Shown here piece after piece: positions 59,829 to 64,000 of a stretch of DNA of 64,000 nucleotides. The stretch is from Longimicrobiales bacterium (lineage in GTDB: Bacteria; Gemmatimonadota; Gemmatimonadetes; Longimicrobiales; Gaopeijiaceae). Within the stretch, counting starts at the first letter, position 1, and each line of letters begins with the position of its first letter. Position numbers and translations under genes: made by a program. Location: positions 480,001 to 544,000 of the forward strand of contig OZ250165.1 of assembly GCA_965238005.1 (NCBI GenBank). Reading direction: 5' to 3'. Under the pieces are notes generated by a model that had not been told where the DNA came from, did not search any database, and was given only the letters and a program-made list of their open reading frames with translations.

Positions 59829-60851
59829 CTACGGCATCACACCTTTGATACAGGCCGCGAAATGACCGGCCACCTTTTCGTCCAACGGAGGAACGACGCG
59901 GCCGCACTCCTCATCTTTCCCCGGATGCGGACAGCGAGGATGGAACGGACACCCCGACGGAGGATTCATGGGGCTCGGCACGTCTCCGGAAAGCATGATT
60001 CGCTGCCGGGTCCGTGCCGCTTTCGGATCGGGTCTCGGCACAGCCGAGAGGAGGGCCTTCGTGTACGGGTGCTGGGGAGACCCATATAGGTCCTCGGCCG
60101 TGCCCGACTCCACGATCTTGCCCAGGTACATCACCGCCACGTGATCACTCACGTGCTCTACCACCGCCAAGTCGTGGGCGATGAAGAGGTACGTGAGCCC
60201 GAACTCCTTCTGGAGATCCCGGAGAAGGTTGATGACCTGCGCCTGGACCGATACGTCCAGCGCCGAAACGGGCTCGTCACACACGATGAAGTCCGGCTCG
60301 ACCGCCAGAGCGCGGGCGAGCCCGATCCTCTGTCGCTGGCCACCGCTGAACTCGTGCGGATACCGGTCGGCGTCCTCGGGACGTAGGCCAACAATCTCCA
60401 GCAGCTCATTGACCCGCCTGGAGCGGGCCGGGCCCTTGGGCGCCAGTCTGTGGACCTTGAGCACCTCCTGGAGCATGGCGCCGACGGTCATGCGGGGATT
60501 CAAGGAGCTGAAGGGGTCTTGAAAGACGATCTGCGCGCGCCTCCGAAGTGCGCGTAGCCGCTCGCGGTCCAGCGTGGCGAGATCCTCCCCATCGAAGATC
60601 ACCTGTCCGGCAGTCGGCTCGATGAGGCGCAAGATGGCCCGGCCCGTGGTGGACTTGCCGCACCCGGACTCGCCGACGAGTCCCAGAGTCTCACCACGAC
60701 GGAGCTGGAAGCTTACCCCGTCCACCGCCTTCACATGGCCCACCGTTTGACCGAGGATACCCCTGCGGACGGGGAAGTACTTCTTCAGGTTCCGGACGTC
60801 CAAGAGGACCTCACCCGCAGCCCCGTTTCCGTTCCCCGATCCGGGAGTCAT
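59829..60851 (-). CDS. oppF: Oligopeptide/dipeptide ABC ATP-binding protein
   Basis: [34 protein letters not shown]. Confidence 0.95.
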   Translation of the reverse strand: MTPGSGNGNGAAGEVLLDVRNLKKYFPVRRGILGQTVGHVKAVDGVSFQLRRGETLGLVGESGCGKSTTGRAILRLIEPTAGQVIFDGEDLATLDRERLRALRRRAQIVFQDPFSSLNPRMTVGAMLQEVLKVHRLAPKGPARSRRVNELLEIVGLRPEDADRYPHEFSGGQRQRIGLARALAVEPDFIVCDEPVSALDVSVQAQVINLLRDLQKEFGLTYLFIAHDLAVVEHVSDHVAVMYLGKIVESGTAEDLYGSPQHPYTKALLSAVPRPDPKAARTRQRIMLSGDVPSPMNPPSGCPFHPRCPHPGKDEECGRVVPPLDEKVAGHFAACIKGVMP

Positions 60852-60869
60852 GAGAGCTTTCCGGTGGGA

Positions 60870-61898
60870 TCAGGGGGGGGGCGATCCCGCCGCCGTCGAG
60901 TGGGGGGAACTCGAGTCCGACACGGCATCGTCCATGAGCCAGCAGCGGGCCCACCGTCCCGCCTCCCCGCCGACGGTCAGCAGCTCGGGCATCTCCCGGT
61001 GGCAGCGCTCCCACGCGAATGGACAGCGCTCCTTGAAGCGGCACGCCTCCGGCCAGCTTCCGGGACTCGGTACGACCCCCGGGATCGGATGGAGCTCCCG
61101 ATCTCGCCCTCCGAGCTCGGGCAGGGAGGCCAGCAGCCCTTGCGTGTAGGGATGCCGGGGATCTGCGAAGATCTCATCTACGGTGCCCGTCTCCACCACC
61201 TGCCCTGCATACATGACGACCACTCGATCGCACAGCTCCGCGACCACGCCCAGGTCGTGTGTGATGAGGAGGACCGCCATCCCATGCGTCCGTCTCAGTC
61301 CGGCGAGGAGGTCCAGGATCTGGGCCTGGATCGTGACGTCCAAGGCTGTCGTGGGCTCGTCGGCGATCAATAGCCTGGGCTCACACGACAGGGCCATGGC
61401 GATCATGACCCTCTGCCTCATGCCGCCGGAGAGCTGATGGGGGTACTCGTCGAAGCGCTGATCGGGGTCCGGAATACCGACCTCTGTGAGCAACCTGACG
61501 CTCACCCTCCGGGCATCTCGCTTGTTGAGGCCCCGGTGTGTCCTCAGGGCCTCGGCGATCTGATTCCCTACCGTAAAGACCGGGTTGAGAGAGGTCATGG
61601 GCTCCTGGAAGATCATGGAGATCTCGTTACCCCGGATCTCCCGGAGGCGCGCGTTCGACGCACCCACCAGCTCCTCACCACCGAAGCGAATGGAGCTCCC
61701 CGAGACGATCTTCCCGGGCGGATCGGGAATCAGTCCCATGAGCGAAAGGGACGTGACCGTCTTCCCGCAACCCGACTCGCCGACGATCCCGAGTGTCTCC
61801 CCCTCCTCCACGTGGAAGGAGACGCCGTCCACGGCCTGGGCCACACCGGCGTCGGTCCTGAAATACGTGCGCAGGTCACGGACCTCCAGGAGCGGCAT
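60870..61898 (-). CDS. oppD: Oligopeptide/dipeptide ABC ATP-binding protein
   Basis: [28 protein letters not shown]. Confidence 0.95.
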   Translation of the reverse strand: MPLLEVRDLRTYFRTDAGVAQAVDGVSFHVEEGETLGIVGESGCGKTVTSLSLMGLIPDPPGKIVSGSSIRFGGEELVGASNARLREIRGNEISMIFQEPMTSLNPVFTVGNQIAEALRTHRGLNKRDARRVSVRLLTEVGIPDPDQRFDEYPHQLSGGMRQRVMIAMALSCEPRLLIADEPTTALDVTIQAQILDLLAGLRRTHGMAVLLITHDLGVVAELCDRVVVMYAGQVVETGTVDEIFADPRHPYTQGLLASLPELGGRDRELHPIPGVVPSPGSWPEACRFKERCPFAWERCHREMPELLTVGGEAGRWARCWLMDDAVSDSSSPHSTAAGSPPP

Positions 61899-61944
61899 CA
61901 GACGGCCCTCCGCAGTCCAATACTGCCCGGCGCGATTTTGGGGA

Positions 61945-63093
61945 TCATATCCTCACCCTCGGATCCAGTGCGTCTCTGAGCCCGTCCCCGACCAGATTGA
62001 ACGCCACCACCGTGAATACGATGGCCAGTCCGGGGAAGGTCGATATCCACCAGGCCCCGAGAAGATTGCCATGGCCAGCGGCCACCATCGAGCCCCACGA
62101 TGGGGTCGGCGGCTGGATCCCGATACCCAGAAAGGACAACCCCGCTTCGAGGACGATCACGTTGCCGACACCCAGGGTCGCTGCCACGATCACGGGGGCC
62201 ATGGTGTTGGGGATCACGTGGCGAAGAATGATACGCATCCGTGTGAAGCCCAGGGCACGAGCCGCCTGAATGAACTCACGCTCCCGCAGACTGAGTACGT
62301 CTCCGCGCACGATGCGCGTGGTCCCGGGCCACTGGGTGAAGCCGAGGACGGCGATGATCAGGAAGATTGAGGATTGCTCGAAGAGGGCGGTGATCGTGAT
62401 GAGGAGCACGAGCCGCGGAAACGAGATCACCATGTCGACGAACCGCATGATAACGGCGTCCACCTTCCCGCCCAGGAAACCGGAGATGGCGCCCAGCAGC
62501 GTGCCGATAGTCACGCTGATCCCGACCGCGACGAAGCCGATGGAGAGGGAGATCCGGGCCCCGTAGAGGATCCGCGACAAGACATCCCGGGCCAACCCGT
62601 CCGTGCCGAGCGGAAAAGCTCCGCCGGGAGCAAGCATCCTCTGCGTGGTCAGCGAGTTCTGGACCGTCGGGTCGTGGGGCGAGATCAGAGGCGTGATCAG
62701 GGCAATCAGGTAGAAACACGCGATGGCGATCAAGCCGGCCACTGCGATCCCGTTCTTGGTGAAAGCCCGCACGGCGAGATCCCACTGGCTGATCCCCTCT
62801 TCACCGTCCGATCCGGGGCGCTTCACGTCCACCATGGACCACCTCCACGCCGCGACGAGGCCGGCAACCACGATCACGGCCGCGAGTCGAGCATCCCCCG
62901 GACCTCCCCAAGCGGCTTGGAATCGGCTCCAACGGGTCACAAGCACGCCTAGGAAACCGCCCCAGACCAACAGACTCATGATCCCGACCCCCCATCGGCC
63001 GGCGAGCAATTGGGGGAGCCCCGGGAGAACCGCCGACAGCGCGGCGCCTCCACGACCTCGGAGACCGGGAGCGTGGCCGGTAGGGTCAGTCAT
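61945..63093 (-). CDS. oppC: Oligopeptide ABC permease with extra N-terminal TM segments
   Basis: [39 protein letters not shown]. Confidence 0.93.
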   Translation of the reverse strand: MTDPTGHAPGLRGRGGAALSAVLPGLPQLLAGRWGVGIMSLLVWGGFLGVLVTRWSRFQAAWGGPGDARLAAVIVVAGLVAAWRWSMVDVKRPGSDGEEGISQWDLAVRAFTKNGIAVAGLIAIACFYLIALITPLISPHDPTVQNSLTTQRMLAPGGAFPLGTDGLARDVLSRILYGARISLSIGFVAVGISVTIGTLLGAISGFLGGKVDAVIMRFVDMVISFPRLVLLITITALFEQSSIFLIIAVLGFTQWPGTTRIVRGDVLSLREREFIQAARALGFTRMRIILRHVIPNTMAPVIVAATLGVGNVIVLEAGLSFLGIGIQPPTPSWGSMVAAGHGNLLGAWWISTFPGLAIVFTVVAFNLVGDGLRDALDPRVRI

Positions 63094-64000
63094 ACCGGAT
63101 TCTCGGGTCGACCAGCACATAGAGCAGATCTGCGATCAGGTTGCCGATCACAACCATGTTGGCAAAGATGAAGCTCCCGGCCATGATCACAGGATAGTCG
63201 CGCTGGGTGATGGCATCCACGATCAGCTTGCCCATGCCCGGCCATGAGAACACCGACTCGATGAACACCGTCCCGCTGAAGAGGAAGGGGAGGTAGAGAC
63301 CGAGCAGCGTGATGACCGGAATGAGCCCGTTGCGCAGCGCGTGCTTCATGACGACCACCCGCTCGGGGAGCCCCTTGGCGCGAGCCGTGCGAACGAAGTC
63401 CTGGCGGATCACCTCCAGCATGCTGCCCCGAGTGAATCGCGCGATGCCGGCCGCAAGCACGAGGGCCAGAGACGTGGCCGGAAGCACCAAGTGCATGATC
63501 CTGTCCTGCAGCTTCTCCAGTGGACTCATGAACGGGTACTCGGCGACGTTGATCATGTCCGAGGCCGGGAACCAGATGGGCCATTCCCACACGTTCCGGG
63601 CGAAGAAGCTGAAGGTGAGGATCATCATCATCGCCATCCAGAAGGACGGTATGGAGTAGAAGAAGAGAGCCAGTACCGAAGACACCGAGTCAAGGATAGA
63701 GTACTGCCGGACGGCCTGGATGACCCCGAGAAGGATTCCCAGGATGAAGGCAATCCCGGCGGCGGTGGCCGACAGGAGTATGGTGTTCGGCAGGAGCTCC
63801 CGGATGACGTCGACGACGGGTCGGCTGTGCGAGAGGGAGTAACCCAGGTCTCCCCGAGCCAGGGCAGCCATCCACCTCAAGTAGCGGATGTGGATCGGCC
63901 GGTCGAGACCCATGTTGACCCGGATCTGCTCGAGCGTCTGGGCAGACAGGTTGGGGCTCAGGTACCTGAGCGCCGGATCCCCGGGCGCCAGATTGATGAT
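63086..64000 (-). CDS. oppB: Oligopeptide ABC permease (start outside the window)
   Basis: LAPGDP, GDLGYS, DFVRTARAKGL, HALRN, ADLLYVLVDPRI. Confidence 0.93.
   Translation of the reverse strand: MINLAPGDPALRYLSPNLSAQTLEQIRVNMGLDRPIHIRYLRWMAALARGDLGYSLSHSRPVVDVIRELLPNTILLSATAAGIAFILGILLGVIQAVRQYSILDSVSSVLALFFYSIPSFWMAMMMILTFSFFARNVWEWPIWFPASDMINVAEYPFMSPLEKLQDRIMHLVLPATSLALVLAAGIARFTRGSMLEVIRQDFVRTARAKGLPERVVVMKHALRNGLIPVITLLGLYLPFLFSGTVFIESVFSWPGMGKLIVDAITQRDYPVIMAGSFIFANMVVIGNLIADLLYVLVDPRIRYD

Noticed and set aside
1..64000. CRISPR array, cas genes, rRNA
   Set aside because: No regularly spaced repeat-spacer array, Cas motif or rRNA-like sequence seen by eye.

Overview
This is a GC-rich bacterial window. 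ADOP-type ABC permeases, a RYAIERELGRGGMATVYLA-type Ser/Thr kinase and DUF5916/DUF4097 remnants suggest Gemmatimonadota (inference). Bases 1 to about 52,215 form a decayed accessory region of several parts. (1) Fic, a beta-propeller lipoprotein, and DUF2203-nfuA-ATP-grasp. (2) Many IS elements or remnants: IS256 x4, IS3 x4, IS481, IS1182, IS5/IS427, IS110, plus a group II intron RT scrap. (3) An ICE remnant with T4CP, VirB11/CpaF ATPase, ArdC, a Replic_Relax-like protein, a Xis-like protein and a truncated integrase. (4) A TonB-dependent receptor split by IS1182. (5) A ColE1-style mob cassette with a candidate oriT next to a P4-type integrase. (6) A defence cluster: MmeI-like type IIL RM, HigBA, a YhaN-like ATPase, SIR2-HerA, and an NYN RNase gene behind a structured leader. 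A degenerate tRNA-like att sequence at about 52,191-52,215 marks the switch to largely intact core genome: polA, csp, slt, exbB, oppFDCB. No CRISPR array, rRNA or intact tRNA was seen. Several 1-nt frameshifts lie in short homopolymers and may be sequencing errors. The best candidates for new biology are the SIR2-HerA-leader RNA-NYN locus, the integrative ColE1-like mob element, the IS110 non-coding end and the conserved IS256 leader structure.
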